A DNA stretch of 64,000 bases, taken from positions 1,349-65,348 of the forward strand of contig CAZZHH010000016.1 in assembly GCA_964653595.1 (NCBI GenBank). The letters are read 5' to 3'. The DNA comes from an uncultured Lentimicrobiaceae bacterium. GTDB lineage: Bacteria; Bacteroidota; Bacteroidia; Bacteroidales; WCHB1-69. Below are positions 39,655 to 49,530 of the stretch, in pieces (positions within the stretch are counted from its first letter, which is position 1; the number at the start of each line of letters is the position of its first letter). A program made the translations under genes and the position numbers. The notes under the pieces are model-generated. The model was not told where the DNA came from. It was given only the letters and a program-made list of their open reading frames with translations, and searched no databases.

Positions 39655-40506
39655 ATGGAAACACCAAATTTATCTTCGCCCTCTGAAGTCATTCAAATAG
39701 ATGTGGAAGGATTAATAAACTCAAAAAAACCAAAATTACTTAAAATTCTTCCTCGTTTTGTGATTAGTTATTTAAAAAAAATCATTCATCAAAAGGAGAT
39801 AAATCAGTTTTTAAAAGAGAATAACGAAGTATACAACCTTGATTTTGCGAATAATGTTTTAAAATTATTCAACACCAATGTGGTAGTAATCGGAGCAGAT
39901 AATATTCCAAAAGATGGTAATCCCATTTTTGTCTCCAACCATCCACTCGGTGGATTAGACGGGATAGCGCTTATAAGCACGATTGGCAAATATCGCAACG
40001 ACATGGTGTTTCCAGTAAACGATCTTTTATTATATCTTCGAAATCTAAATGGTATTTTTCTTCCCATCAATAAACATGGAAGAAACACCTCTGATGCCGT
40101 AAGAGAATTTGACCAAGCTTTTGCATCCAAAGAAAATTCTGTAATATATTTCCCAGCAGGGATGTGTTCTCGAAAAAAAAATGGGGTTATTAAAGATTTA
40201 GAATGGAAAAAAACCGTAATTACAAAGGCCAAAAAATACCAACGACAGATAGTTCCAATCTATTTTGAAGGGAAAAATAGAAACTTTTTTTACAATCTTT
40301 CTAAAATTCGCATTCTTTTGGGCATTAAAACAAATATTGAAATGCTCTATTTAGCAGATGAAATGTTTCATCAACAAAACAAAACTTTTACCATATATTT
40401 TGGAAAACCTATCTCAGCAGAGACGTTTAACAAAGAGAAAACAGATGCTCAATGGGCCTCATGGCTTAAAGAGAGTGTGTATAAAATTAAGCAAGAAAAA
40501 TTATAA
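39655..40506 (+). CDS. Lysophospholipid/1-acyl-glycerol-3-phosphate-type O-acyltransferase (OlsA/GlsA-like)
   Basis: HX4D-type motif NHPLGGLDG and a FPAG motif. N-terminal KKPKLLKILPRFVISYLKKIIHQKEIN is typical of the Bacteroidota aminolipid O-acyltransferase family. Confidence 0.75.
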   Translation: METPNLSSPSEVIQIDVEGLINSKKPKLLKILPRFVISYLKKIIHQKEINQFLKENNEVYNLDFANNVLKLFNTNVVVIGADNIPKDGNPIFVSNHPLGGLDGIALISTIGKYRNDMVFPVNDLLLYLRNLNGIFLPINKHGRNTSDAVREFDQAFASKENSVIYFPAGMCSRKKNGVIKDLEWKKTVITKAKKYQRQIVPIYFEGKNRNFFYNLSKIRILLGIKTNIEMLYLADEMFHQQNKTFTIYFGKPISAETFNKEKTDAQWASWLKESVYKIKQEKL

Positions 40507-40533
40507 TATTCAAGCATTAAATTGACAAAAATC

Positions 40534-41472
40534 ATGATACCAATTATTGATCCTATACCTAGAGAAGTAATAGAAAAAGAGTTGTCTTCTGAACGTTTTG
40601 TTCGTACTACCAACAAAAGCAACAATCAAATATACATTGTAAATGCCCACAATGCACCCAATGTTATGCTGGAGTTAGGCCGAGTTCGAGAACTTACTTT
40701 TAGAAATGCTGGAGGAGGCACTGGAAAAGAGGTAGATATTGACGAATATGATACCGCTGAAGTACCTTTTGAGCAGCTATTAGTTTGGAATCCTGAAGAT
40801 AGGGAAATTGTAAGTGCATATAGGTATATTCTTGGGGCAAATCTTCCTATTGGACCAGATGGACAACCAATTAGCCCCACGGCTCATCTTTTTAAATATT
40901 CTCAAAAGTTCATCTCCGATTATCTTCCATACACCATTGAATTGGGAAGATCGTTTGTTCAAACCCAATATCAGCCATCTGTAAACATGCGTAAAGGAAT
41001 GTTTGCATTGGATAATATTTGGGATGGATTGGGTGCTTTGCTAGTATTAAACCCACAAATCAAATATTTTTTTGGCAAAATGACCATGTATGATGATTTT
41101 CCAAGAGAGGCTAGAGATATGATTCTTTATGTCCTTAATAAACACTTTGGCGACAAAGAGAATTTGGTTTATCCTAACAAACCGAAAGCTATCGAAACTC
41201 CATCTGAAAAATTAGAAACCCTCTTTTTAGGCTCTTCCCTTGAAGAAGACTTTAAAACATTGAACATTAATGTACGATTACACAAAGTAAATATTCCGCC
41301 TTTAATAAACATTTACATGGGACTTACTCCTACCATGAAATGTTTTGGCACTTCTGCAAATGAAGATTTTGGTTCCGTGGAAGAAACTGGAATCATGATT
41401 ACAGTTGAGGATATATATGCAGCTAAAAAAGACAGACACATTAATTCATTTATCAACACCACAAATTCATGA
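40534..41472 (+). CDS. GNAT-type N-acyltransferase (OlsB/GlsB-like, formerly annotated hemolysin-like)
   Basis: RVRELTFRNAGGGTGKEVDIDEYD pattern of the OlsB-type N-acyl amino acid synthase family, adjacent to the O-acyltransferase. ATG at 40534 preferred over the TTG at 40522. Confidence 0.72.
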   Translation: MIPIIDPIPREVIEKELSSERFVRTTNKSNNQIYIVNAHNAPNVMLELGRVRELTFRNAGGGTGKEVDIDEYDTAEVPFEQLLVWNPEDREIVSAYRYILGANLPIGPDGQPISPTAHLFKYSQKFISDYLPYTIELGRSFVQTQYQPSVNMRKGMFALDNIWDGLGALLVLNPQIKYFFGKMTMYDDFPREARDMILYVLNKHFGDKENLVYPNKPKAIETPSEKLETLFLGSSLEEDFKTLNINVRLHKVNIPPLINIYMGLTPTMKCFGTSANEDFGSVEETGIMITVEDIYAAKKDRHINSFINTTNS

Positions 41473-42089
41473 TTATAAACGAAGCTGTGTTTTTACAAAG
41501 TAATTCTGATTACAAAAAATGCCCAGACCCAATATTACCAGAATATGCTTTTATAGGAAGATCAAATGTGGGAAAGTCTTCTCTTATCAACATGCTTGTA
41601 GATAAGAAAAACCTAGCCCTTACTTCTTCCAGACCTGGAAAAACACAGCTCATCAACCACTTTCAGGTGAACAAAAAATGGTACCTGGTTGATTTACCAG
41701 GTTATGGATTTGCAAAAGTATCTAAAACTAGTCGTGCTAAATGGGCCAAAATGATTTATTCCTATTTAGAAAAACGAGAGAATTTGATGTTGATTTTTCT
41801 ATTAATCGACTCACGTATTCCTGCACAAAAAATCGATCTTGAGTTTATAGACAAACTAGCAAATATGGGGCTTCCCTTTGCCTTGGTATTTACAAAAACC
41901 GACAAGGTATCCAAAAACACAACAAATACAACCATTGCAGAATATAAAAAAATCCTTTCCGAGTCGTGGGAAACTCTGCCTTTCATGTTTATCACTTCGG
42001 CCGAAAAAAAAATTGGTCGAGATCAAGTGTTAGATTATATTGATAGTTGTAACCAATTATTTAGGAAACCCGAAAAAGAGAACATGTAA
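41469..42089 (+). CDS. engB: Ribosome biogenesis GTPase YsxC/EngB
   Basis: G1 GRSNVGKSS, G3 DLPGYG and G4 TKTDK motifs. 4-nt overlap with the upstream gene. Confidence 0.9.
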   Translation: MIINEAVFLQSNSDYKKCPDPILPEYAFIGRSNVGKSSLINMLVDKKNLALTSSRPGKTQLINHFQVNKKWYLVDLPGYGFAKVSKTSRAKWAKMIYSYLEKRENLMLIFLLIDSRIPAQKIDLEFIDKLANMGLPFALVFTKTDKVSKNTTNTTIAEYKKILSESWETLPFMFITSAEKKIGRDQVLDYIDSCNQLFRKPEKENM

Positions 42090-42092
42090 TCG

Positions 42093-42656
42093 ATGGAAGT
42101 AAAACGTATTTTAGTTGAAAAAGCAGCCACTCTCATCAGTAAGAACCCAACACTTATACTTACTGAAAAATTGTTGCTCGAAAACGATCAAGAAAGAGTA
42201 CATTTCGACCTTTTTTTTGCCGATTTTAACGGGTTGCTGTTAGAACTAAAAGAACACATACATCCATTCATATTAGAAAACATACAACGATTTTTATTCG
42301 ATTTTAAAACCAAACCCATTCATAGAATTATAAATCTATATCAATTTTATATAGATGGATATGTAAATGAAACTCCAAATATATTTAACTCTTCCCATAT
42401 TAATCTAATTGGATATTCTGGCAATGAGGCGGTTAAAATTGCTGCCAATAAACTCCTTGATTCCTATAAAAACGCTCTTATAAATTGCATTAATGATGCT
42501 CGTAGGCAGAATCTGATAGATGTCAACGAGAGTGAAACCTTAGTAGAATACATGATGATGGCATGGGAAGGTGCAATTTATCAGCAAAAAAATTCAGGAT
42601 CGAGTAAACCTCTATTTTTATACATGAACATGCTTCGCTTGCTTTTGAATACTTAA
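42093..42656 (+). CDS. Hypothetical helical protein (187 aa)
   Basis: Open frame tightly packed between engB and lnt. I recognise no catalytic motif. The C-terminus is vaguely TetR_C-like, but no HTH is seen. Confidence 0.45.
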   Translation: MEVKRILVEKAATLISKNPTLILTEKLLLENDQERVHFDLFFADFNGLLLELKEHIHPFILENIQRFLFDFKTKPIHRIINLYQFYIDGYVNETPNIFNSSHINLIGYSGNEAVKIAANKLLDSYKNALINCINDARRQNLIDVNESETLVEYMMMAWEGAIYQQKNSGSSKPLFLYMNMLRLLLNT

Positions 42657-42695
42657 TATGGAAAAAATTTGAATAATAGAGTCCATTTATGTAAT

Positions 42696-44261
42696 ATGAT
42701 TGTCTCACTAAAGAAGCAAAAAAGTGCTATTTGTGCTATCTCTTCGGGCTTTTTATTCGCTTTATCTTGGCCCTCATCGGGATTTCCATTTCTGATTTTT
42801 TTTGCATTTATTCCCCTTTTATCCTATATAGAAAGTAACCCTAGTCCAAAGTTATTCGACATTTTTAGAGTGAGTTTTTTTGCCTTTCTTTTATGGAATG
42901 CATCTGCAGCATGGTGGATGATAAAATATCATTTTGTTGGCGGAAGCATGGTAATTCTGATTAACTCTTTTTTGATGGCTATTGTAATAGCAACTTTTGG
43001 TTTTTTAAAACAAAAAAAAATCGCTGGAAATAAAAAATACATTGCCTTTGTGGCTCTTTGGCTTACCATGGAATGGATGCACATGCATTGGGATTTATCT
43101 TGGCCTTGGCTTACCCTGGGTAACGCCTTTGCTACCCATCCTAAATTGATTCAATGGTATTCGTATACTGGCGTTTTTGGGGGTTCGCTTTGGATACTTG
43201 TTTCAAACATACTTCTCTTTAATTTTTTTGAAAAAGCAAAAACAAAAAAAATTTCTTTTTCCCTAATAATACTTCTAATATTAACCCTATCTATCATTTT
43301 TATCCCTATTTTGCTCTCTTTCAAGTTGCTAAATAAAGAGAATTCAAATAAATTAGAAGAGCTAAACTGTTTGCTTATTCAGCAAAACACAAATCCTTAC
43401 AATGAAAAAGAGAGCTTTACTGTCATCAATAATCGGTTAATTTCGATGGTAAAAGATAATATTGATACTACGACCCAATTGGTTATTCTGCCAGAAACTG
43501 CAATTGCAAATGAAATTAACGTAGAGAAAATAGAAAAAAATCAAGAAATTTCAGAGTTCATCGCGCTTCAAAATCAATATCCAAAAGCTTCGTTTCTTGT
43601 CGGTGCTACCACATATTCTAACGATAGTAGGGATAAAAAAACATACAACTCTGCAATCTATATAGGAAAAAATGGAAAAATTGAAACCTATCATAAATCA
43701 AAATTAGTCCCTGGCGTAGAAGAATATCCATTTAAATGGATTACCATTCCTATAATAAAGTGGATTACGGGAAATGTATATGATAAAAAATACTCCTCTG
43801 GAGACAAACAAAGCTGTTTCTCGACAAATGATTCAACATCAAAAATAGCAGTTGCTATTTGCTACGAATCCTTATATGGATCCTATATTTCCAAATTTTT
43901 CAACAAGGGTGCTAATGCAATCGTATTAATAACCAACGACGGATGGTGGGACAACACAGACGGCTATCGTCAACATTTAGCTATATCTCAAATTAGAGCA
44001 ATTGAAAACAGTAGCACTATGGTAAGAGTAGCAAATACTGGAATTTCGGCTATTATCAATGCCAATGGTTTGATTGATTCACAAACAGAATGGGATAAAC
44101 AAACCACTTTGAAAAAAACCATAAAAATGAAAACAAAATTGACTTTTTATGAGATTTATGGTGATTTTATTCTTACTATTGCAAATCTAATCACATTGTT
44201 TTATGGATTGTTGGTTTTTTCAGCTTCCATTCAAAAACTGGGTAAATTAAGACAATTATGA
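42696..44261 (+). CDS. lnt: Apolipoprotein N-acyltransferase
   Basis: N-terminal polytopic domain and C-terminal CN-hydrolase domain with E...K...C (LPETA, HKSKLVPG, VAICYES). ATG at 42696 preferred over the TTG at 42669. Confidence 0.82.
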   Translation: MIVSLKKQKSAICAISSGFLFALSWPSSGFPFLIFFAFIPLLSYIESNPSPKLFDIFRVSFFAFLLWNASAAWWMIKYHFVGGSMVILINSFLMAIVIATFGFLKQKKIAGNKKYIAFVALWLTMEWMHMHWDLSWPWLTLGNAFATHPKLIQWYSYTGVFGGSLWILVSNILLFNFFEKAKTKKISFSLIILLILTLSIIFIPILLSFKLLNKENSNKLEELNCLLIQQNTNPYNEKESFTVINNRLISMVKDNIDTTTQLVILPETAIANEINVEKIEKNQEISEFIALQNQYPKASFLVGATTYSNDSRDKKTYNSAIYIGKNGKIETYHKSKLVPGVEEYPFKWITIPIIKWITGNVYDKKYSSGDKQSCFSTNDSTSKIAVAICYESLYGSYISKFFNKGANAIVLITNDGWWDNTDGYRQHLAISQIRAIENSSTMVRVANTGISAIINANGLIDSQTEWDKQTTLKKTIKMKTKLTFYEIYGDFILTIANLITLFYGLLVFSASIQKLGKLRQL

Positions 44262-45361
44262 CGAACACTAGAAAAGACACAAGTAATCAGACAAATCTAG
44301 AAGCTTCTCCCATTTTATTTGACACCCCAAATGCTTGGTTTGAAAAATTATATGAAGATATTGAAAATGCAAAATTTTTAATCTACATTGAAATATACCG
44401 GTTAAACAACGACGAGATAGGTAAAAAAGTAGTAAAACTTCTTTCCGAAAAATGCAAACAAGGACTAGAAGTAAAGCTGCTCTTAGATTCATGGGGCACA
44501 AAACAAGACGACGCCTTTTTCTCTCCTATCACCCAAAACAATGGAGAGGTTCGGTTTTTTAACAAACTTAAACTGAGTCTTCAGTTAATTTCAAAAAACC
44601 ACCAACGAAATCATCGAAAAATAATCATTATTGACAATAAAATTCTACATTTTGGTTCAGCAAATATCACCGCATATTCTAAAAACTGGAGGGAATCTAT
44701 TTTAAGGCTCGAAGACTCTATTACACTGACTTTTAAAAAAATATTACTTGAGAACTGGCACATAGCATCTCTTGAATTTTATAAAAAGAGAAAATACCTT
44801 AAAACCATAAAAGTGGATGGATATGAGATCATCAGAGACATCCCATCCATTTACAGTCAAAAAATTAAAAAACATTTTGAAGCCGAAATAAAGAAAGCAA
44901 AAAAGTCTATTCAAATTATCACACCCTATTTTTTGCCTGGTTATAAATTGCGCAGATTATTGGTAATGGCAGCTAAAAAAGGGGTAGATGTATCGATTTT
45001 TATCCCAATACATTCCGATGTTCAGCTTGTGGATTATCTTCGAGATAAATATCTTGGATTTTACCACGAAAGGAATGTAAAGCTTTTTTTATTTCAGAAA
45101 ACAAATTTACATGCTAAAATCATGTTAGTAGATGGAAAAATCTTTTCGTTGGGATCCTCCAATTTTGATTATCGTTCGTTTAGATATATGCACGAAATCA
45201 ACCTAAGTGGGGTAAATTCCAACATTGTATCCCTGCTTGAAAATTTTATAGAAGAGTTGAAAAAAGATTCTATTCCTTTTAACTACGAAAAATGGAAAAA
45301 TAGGTCTACTCTTCATAAAATTTTCGGTTGGTTGATTACCCCATTTCGCCACTATCTTTAA
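44258..45361 (+). CDS. Phospholipase D family protein (two HKD motifs, cardiolipin-synthase-like)
   Basis: HRKIIIIDNK...GSANIT and HAKIMLVDGK...GSSNFD. 4-nt overlap with lnt. Confidence 0.8.
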   Translation: MTNTRKDTSNQTNLEASPILFDTPNAWFEKLYEDIENAKFLIYIEIYRLNNDEIGKKVVKLLSEKCKQGLEVKLLLDSWGTKQDDAFFSPITQNNGEVRFFNKLKLSLQLISKNHQRNHRKIIIIDNKILHFGSANITAYSKNWRESILRLEDSITLTFKKILLENWHIASLEFYKKRKYLKTIKVDGYEIIRDIPSIYSQKIKKHFEAEIKKAKKSIQIITPYFLPGYKLRRLLVMAAKKGVDVSIFIPIHSDVQLVDYLRDKYLGFYHERNVKLFLFQKTNLHAKIMLVDGKIFSLGSSNFDYRSFRYMHEINLSGVNSNIVSLLENFIEELKKDSIPFNYEKWKNRSTLHKIFGWLITPFRHYL

Positions 45362-45466
45362 ATTAAGCTCCTTTACCGACGCTTTAAAAACATACTTCTC
45401 TCAACGTAAAAAGCAAAAAATAACATCCTGCCCAAGTTTTTAAGTTAAAAGCTCGTTCAATTTCTT

Positions 45467-45474
45467 TATTTTTG
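45467..45474 (+). promoter_or_regulatory. Bacteroidota -7 promoter box TATTTTTG upstream of serS
   Basis: TAnnTTTG located 16 nt upstream of the ATG at 45490. It overlaps the TTG start used by the ORF track. Confidence 0.45.
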
Positions 45475-45489
45475 CAAAAAAAACATACA

Positions 45490-46764
45490 ATGTTACAAAT
45501 ACAATTTATTCGCGAAAACAAAGAGTTCGTAATTGAACGATTAAAAGTTAAAAATTTTGATGCTACCGAAATCGTAGCCAATATTATATCCATCGATACA
45601 AAACGAAGAGAAGCTCAATTAAAAGCTGATGAATTATTAGCTAAGCTTAATCAATTATCTAAAGAGATTGGCGATCTTTTTAAAACTGGAAACCAATCAG
45701 AGGCGAACGTGTTAAAAGAGCAGGTGGCAAAATTAAAGTTAGACGCAAAAATATATAGCGAAGAACAAGAACAATTCGAACAACAACAACAACAACTGTT
45801 GGTTCAACTTCCAAACCTACCGCACGAATCGGTACCTTTTGGAAAAAGTGAAAACGACAATGTTGTTGAATACTCCGAAGGAGATGACTCTCATTTATTT
45901 GAAGAAGCCCTACCCCATTGGGAGCTAGCTACAAAATACAATCTCATCGATTTTGAATTGGGAAGTAAAATTGCTGGTGCTGGGTTTCCCGTGTACATTG
46001 GCAAAGGTGCTAGATTACAACGAGCTTTAATCAACTTTTTTCTAGATGAAGCCACCAAAAATGGGTACATAGAAGTGCAACCTCCTTACGTTGTAAACGA
46101 AGCATCTGCATACGCAACTGGGCAACTCCCTGATAAAGAGGGACAAATGTACCATGCCACTGCAGATAATTTATACCTAATACCCACAGCAGAGGTTCCA
46201 GTAACAAACATTTATCGTGATGTAATTTTAAAAGAGGATGAGTTGCCTCTTAAAAATTGTGCATATTCTGCATGTTTCCGACGCGAAGCCGGTTCATATG
46301 GAAAAGATGTAAGAGGATTAAATCGTTTGCACCAATTTGACAAAGTAGAAATTGTGCAAATAAACAAACCAGAAGATTCATATGCAACTCTTCAGGAGAT
46401 GAAAGAGTATGTTGCTTCTATCCTTCGCAAACTAGAACTTCCATTCCATATTCTTCGTTTATGTGGCGGAGATATTAGCTTCACCTCTGCACTTACTTAC
46501 GACTTAGAAGTATATTCCAAAGCTCAAAAAAGATGGTTAGAAGTAAGTTCGGTCTCAAATTTTGAGGCTTTTCAAGCGAATAGATTAAAATTAAGATATA
46601 AAGACGGTAACGGAAAAACCAAACTTGCCCATACTCTAAACGGTAGTGCTCTTGCTCTGCCAAGAATTATGGCTGCATTACTCGAAAATAATCAAACTCC
46701 AGAAGGTATTAGAATTCCAAAAGTATTGATACCATATACTGGTTTTGAATCGATTACTCTCTAA
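45490..46764 (+). CDS. serS: Serine--tRNA ligase
   Basis: N-terminal coiled-coil arm and class II motifs (FRREAGS, GSALALPR). Start at MLQIQFIRENKE. Confidence 0.95.
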   Translation: MLQIQFIRENKEFVIERLKVKNFDATEIVANIISIDTKRREAQLKADELLAKLNQLSKEIGDLFKTGNQSEANVLKEQVAKLKLDAKIYSEEQEQFEQQQQQLLVQLPNLPHESVPFGKSENDNVVEYSEGDDSHLFEEALPHWELATKYNLIDFELGSKIAGAGFPVYIGKGARLQRALINFFLDEATKNGYIEVQPPYVVNEASAYATGQLPDKEGQMYHATADNLYLIPTAEVPVTNIYRDVILKEDELPLKNCAYSACFRREAGSYGKDVRGLNRLHQFDKVEIVQINKPEDSYATLQEMKEYVASILRKLELPFHILRLCGGDISFTSALTYDLEVYSKAQKRWLEVSSVSNFEAFQANRLKLRYKDGNGKTKLAHTLNGSALALPRIMAALLENNQTPEGIRIPKVLIPYTGFESITL

Positions 46765-46820
46765 CTTAAAAAACTCTTTTTCTCTTCTTACTAGCGAATT
46801 TCCTATTAGAAATAATTAAA

Positions 46821-48683
46821 ATGAGCCCTTTAAAAAAAAATCAATTTTATTTTTTAAAACAGATAATTATTGCTAGTGCTTTAATTGTAATGCTCATTTA
46901 CCCTGTTGAATCATTTTCGCAACCCAGAACTAATGATGAACAGCTGGCAATTCAATATTTTTCGAATCGTGAATTTGAAAAAGCAGCACTCATTTTTTCA
47001 AATTTATACGACAGTCGTCCAGATTCTTATTATTATGCATATTATCTTCAAAGCTTAATAGAGACACAAAAGTACGAAGAGGCAGAAGAGTTGGTGAAAA
47101 AACATAAGAAAAAAAATAATTTAGCTCGTTTTACAGTCGATCTTGGTTATATTTATGAACTTTTAAATCAACCCGATAAAGCCAAAAAAGAGTATGAAAA
47201 GGCAATTAAAAACGTGGTCGCAGAGCAATTTCAAATTGTAGATCTTGCAAATGCATTTTTATCCAGACGACATGCAGATTATGCAATAGAAACCTATAAA
47301 CAGGGACGAAAAATCATGAATAATCCCACCCTTTTTAGCATTGAAATAGCACAAATGTATCAATCATTGGGTAATATTAGTGAAATGATGGAAGAATATC
47401 TTGGAATTCTCGAATATTCACCCAACAACATCGAGGACATTGAATATCGACTACAAGGTTTATTTGCCGACGATGATCAGGGTGAAAAATATGATATAGT
47501 TAGAAAAGCAATTTTAAAAAGGGCACAAAAGCAACCTGAAAACATGGGATTTGCAGCCCTTTTATATTGGTTATCCCTGCAAAAACACGATTTCAACATG
47601 GCGTTTATTCAAGCCAAAGCAATAGATAAACGATTTACAAAAACCAATCAAGTGGTAGTTGAGTTTGCGCAAGTAGTTACCAATTTAAAACACTGGGAAT
47701 ATGCGATAAATGCTTATCAATATGTGATAGATCAGGGAGAAAACGCAGATCATTATTTACCTAGTAAGCTATCTATTTTGGAAGTTAAATACCAAGAGCT
47801 AAGCAACAAATATCCGCCGAATATAGAAAAATTTAAAGAACTGGATAAGCAGTATGGTCTTTTGATAAAAGAGTATGAGTTTAATCCTCAAATGGCTACT
47901 TATATTAGAATTCAAGCAAATATAAGAGCTTATTACTTAAATCAATCCGACCAGGCTGCTCAACTGCTAGATAGTGCAATCAAGATAAACGGAATTGATG
48001 CAAAAGAAAAAGCAATGTGTAAAATTGATTTAGCAAACATTCTTTTATATAGTAACAATGTCTGGGACGCTACATTGCTCTATTCTCAAGTAGAAAAAGA
48101 TTTTCCGAATGACACCTTAGGTCAAAATGCAAAATTTAAAAATGCAAAGTTATCGTTTTATATAGGCGAGTTTGAATGGTCTAAAGCACAGTTAGATGTT
48201 CTTCGTTCGGCTACCTCAAAACTAATTGCCAACGATGCTATGCAACTCTATTTATTAATTGCAGATAATGAAGATGAAGATAGCACAAATATTGCGCTAA
48301 AACACTATGCAAATGCAGATTTGTATTTCTTTCGAAAAATGTATAAACAATCCATCCTTTGTTTAGATTCCATTGGGATGTTGGCTTTAGATCACCCATT
48401 GGCAGATGAAGTGCTTTTTAAAAAAGCAGAAATTGCAATAGGTCAGGGCGACTACTTAAATGCAGATACTTTGCTTACAAAAATATATAGTTATTACTCT
48501 GAAGATATATTAGCTGATGATGCCCTTTTTTTAAGTGCTGAAATTAACCAGACCCAACTTCAAAACAACAAGCAAGCTGCCCTGCTTTATGAAAAGATTA
48601 TCCTAAATTTTCCGGGTAGCGTATATGTAAACGAAGCTAGAAAACGATTTCGGGCTCTCAGAGGAGACAAACTAACTCAATAA
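46821..48683 (+). CDS. Tetratricopeptide-repeat protein with signal peptide
   Basis: Repeated TPR-like helical pairs (for example YELLNQPDKAKKEYEKAIK) and an N-terminal hydrophobic signal. Confidence 0.7.
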   Translation: MSPLKKNQFYFLKQIIIASALIVMLIYPVESFSQPRTNDEQLAIQYFSNREFEKAALIFSNLYDSRPDSYYYAYYLQSLIETQKYEEAEELVKKHKKKNNLARFTVDLGYIYELLNQPDKAKKEYEKAIKNVVAEQFQIVDLANAFLSRRHADYAIETYKQGRKIMNNPTLFSIEIAQMYQSLGNISEMMEEYLGILEYSPNNIEDIEYRLQGLFADDDQGEKYDIVRKAILKRAQKQPENMGFAALLYWLSLQKHDFNMAFIQAKAIDKRFTKTNQVVVEFAQVVTNLKHWEYAINAYQYVIDQGENADHYLPSKLSILEVKYQELSNKYPPNIEKFKELDKQYGLLIKEYEFNPQMATYIRIQANIRAYYLNQSDQAAQLLDSAIKINGIDAKEKAMCKIDLANILLYSNNVWDATLLYSQVEKDFPNDTLGQNAKFKNAKLSFYIGEFEWSKAQLDVLRSATSKLIANDAMQLYLLIADNEDEDSTNIALKHYANADLYFFRKMYKQSILCLDSIGMLALDHPLADEVLFKKAEIAIGQGDYLNADTLLTKIYSYYSEDILADDALFLSAEINQTQLQNNKQAALLYEKIILNFPGSVYVNEARKRFRALRGDKLTQ

Positions 48684-48686
48684 AAA

Positions 48687-49475
48687 ATGGACAATATTCG
48701 CGCTAAAAAACATTTAGGACAACATTTTCTTCACGACGACAATACTGCTCAAAAAATTGTGGATGCACTTCACAATCAGTGCTCTACTGTGGTAGAAGTA
48801 GGTCCAGGAATGGGTGTGTTAACTAAAAAACTAATTACTCAAAATATTCAAAATTTCTATGTAGTAGAAATAGATGCAGAATCTGTTGAATATCTAAAAC
48901 AAGCTCTTCCTAGTCTAACTCCCAATATATTAGAAAATGACTTTTTGAAACTAGATTTATCAGAAATTGCAACATCAAACATGGCTATTATTGGCAACTT
49001 TCCCTATAATATTTCCTCTCAAATAATGTTTAAAATACTCGAACATCGAAATGTTGTAGATGAAGCTGTGGGCATGTTTCAAAAGGAAGTTGCTCAACGC
49101 ATAGCATGTAAGCCAGGATCAAAAGAATATGGTATTTTAAGTGTTTTAATTCAAGCATGGTACGATGTTGAATATCTTTTTTCTGTTAGTAGAGGTGTGT
49201 TTGCCCCACCTCCAAAAGTGGAATCAGGGGTTATTAGACTTACTAGAAATACAGTTAAAACTTTGCCTTGTAACGAATCATTATTTCAAAAAGTGGTAAA
49301 AACTACCTTTAATCAAAGACGCAAAACAATTCACAATTCAATAAAAGGACTTGGGCTTGGAAGTGTGATTTTACCCGAAAAATTCTCAAAAGAGAGACCA
49401 GAACAACTATCCGTAAATCAATTTATTGAACTAACATTATCAATTCAGTCGCAATTATCTAGGACAGAATTTTAA
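48687..49475 (+). CDS. rsmA: 16S rRNA (adenine1518/1519-N6)-dimethyltransferase
   Basis: KKHLGQHFL start, SAM motif VVEVGPGMGVLT and the NFPYNISS motif. Confidence 0.92.
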   Translation: MDNIRAKKHLGQHFLHDDNTAQKIVDALHNQCSTVVEVGPGMGVLTKKLITQNIQNFYVVEIDAESVEYLKQALPSLTPNILENDFLKLDLSEIATSNMAIIGNFPYNISSQIMFKILEHRNVVDEAVGMFQKEVAQRIACKPGSKEYGILSVLIQAWYDVEYLFSVSRGVFAPPPKVESGVIRLTRNTVKTLPCNESLFQKVVKTTFNQRRKTIHNSIKGLGLGSVILPEKFSKERPEQLSVNQFIELTLSIQSQLSRTEF

Positions 49476-49530
49476 AAAGGTCTTCTAATACTCTGGATTA
49501 ATTCTATAGGATATACATTTCTATATAAGA

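Noticed and set aside
42093-42656. Annotating the 187-aa ORF as a TetR-family regulator
   Set aside because: Only a vague resemblance to TetR C-terminal helices. No N-terminal HTH signature is visible, so it is left as hypothetical.
45775-45795. (CAA)5 trinucleotide repeat in serS as a contingency locus
   Set aside because: It encodes an in-frame poly-Gln stretch in the non-catalytic coiled-coil arm of an essential gene. Changes in repeat-unit number keep the frame, so a switch function is unlikely.
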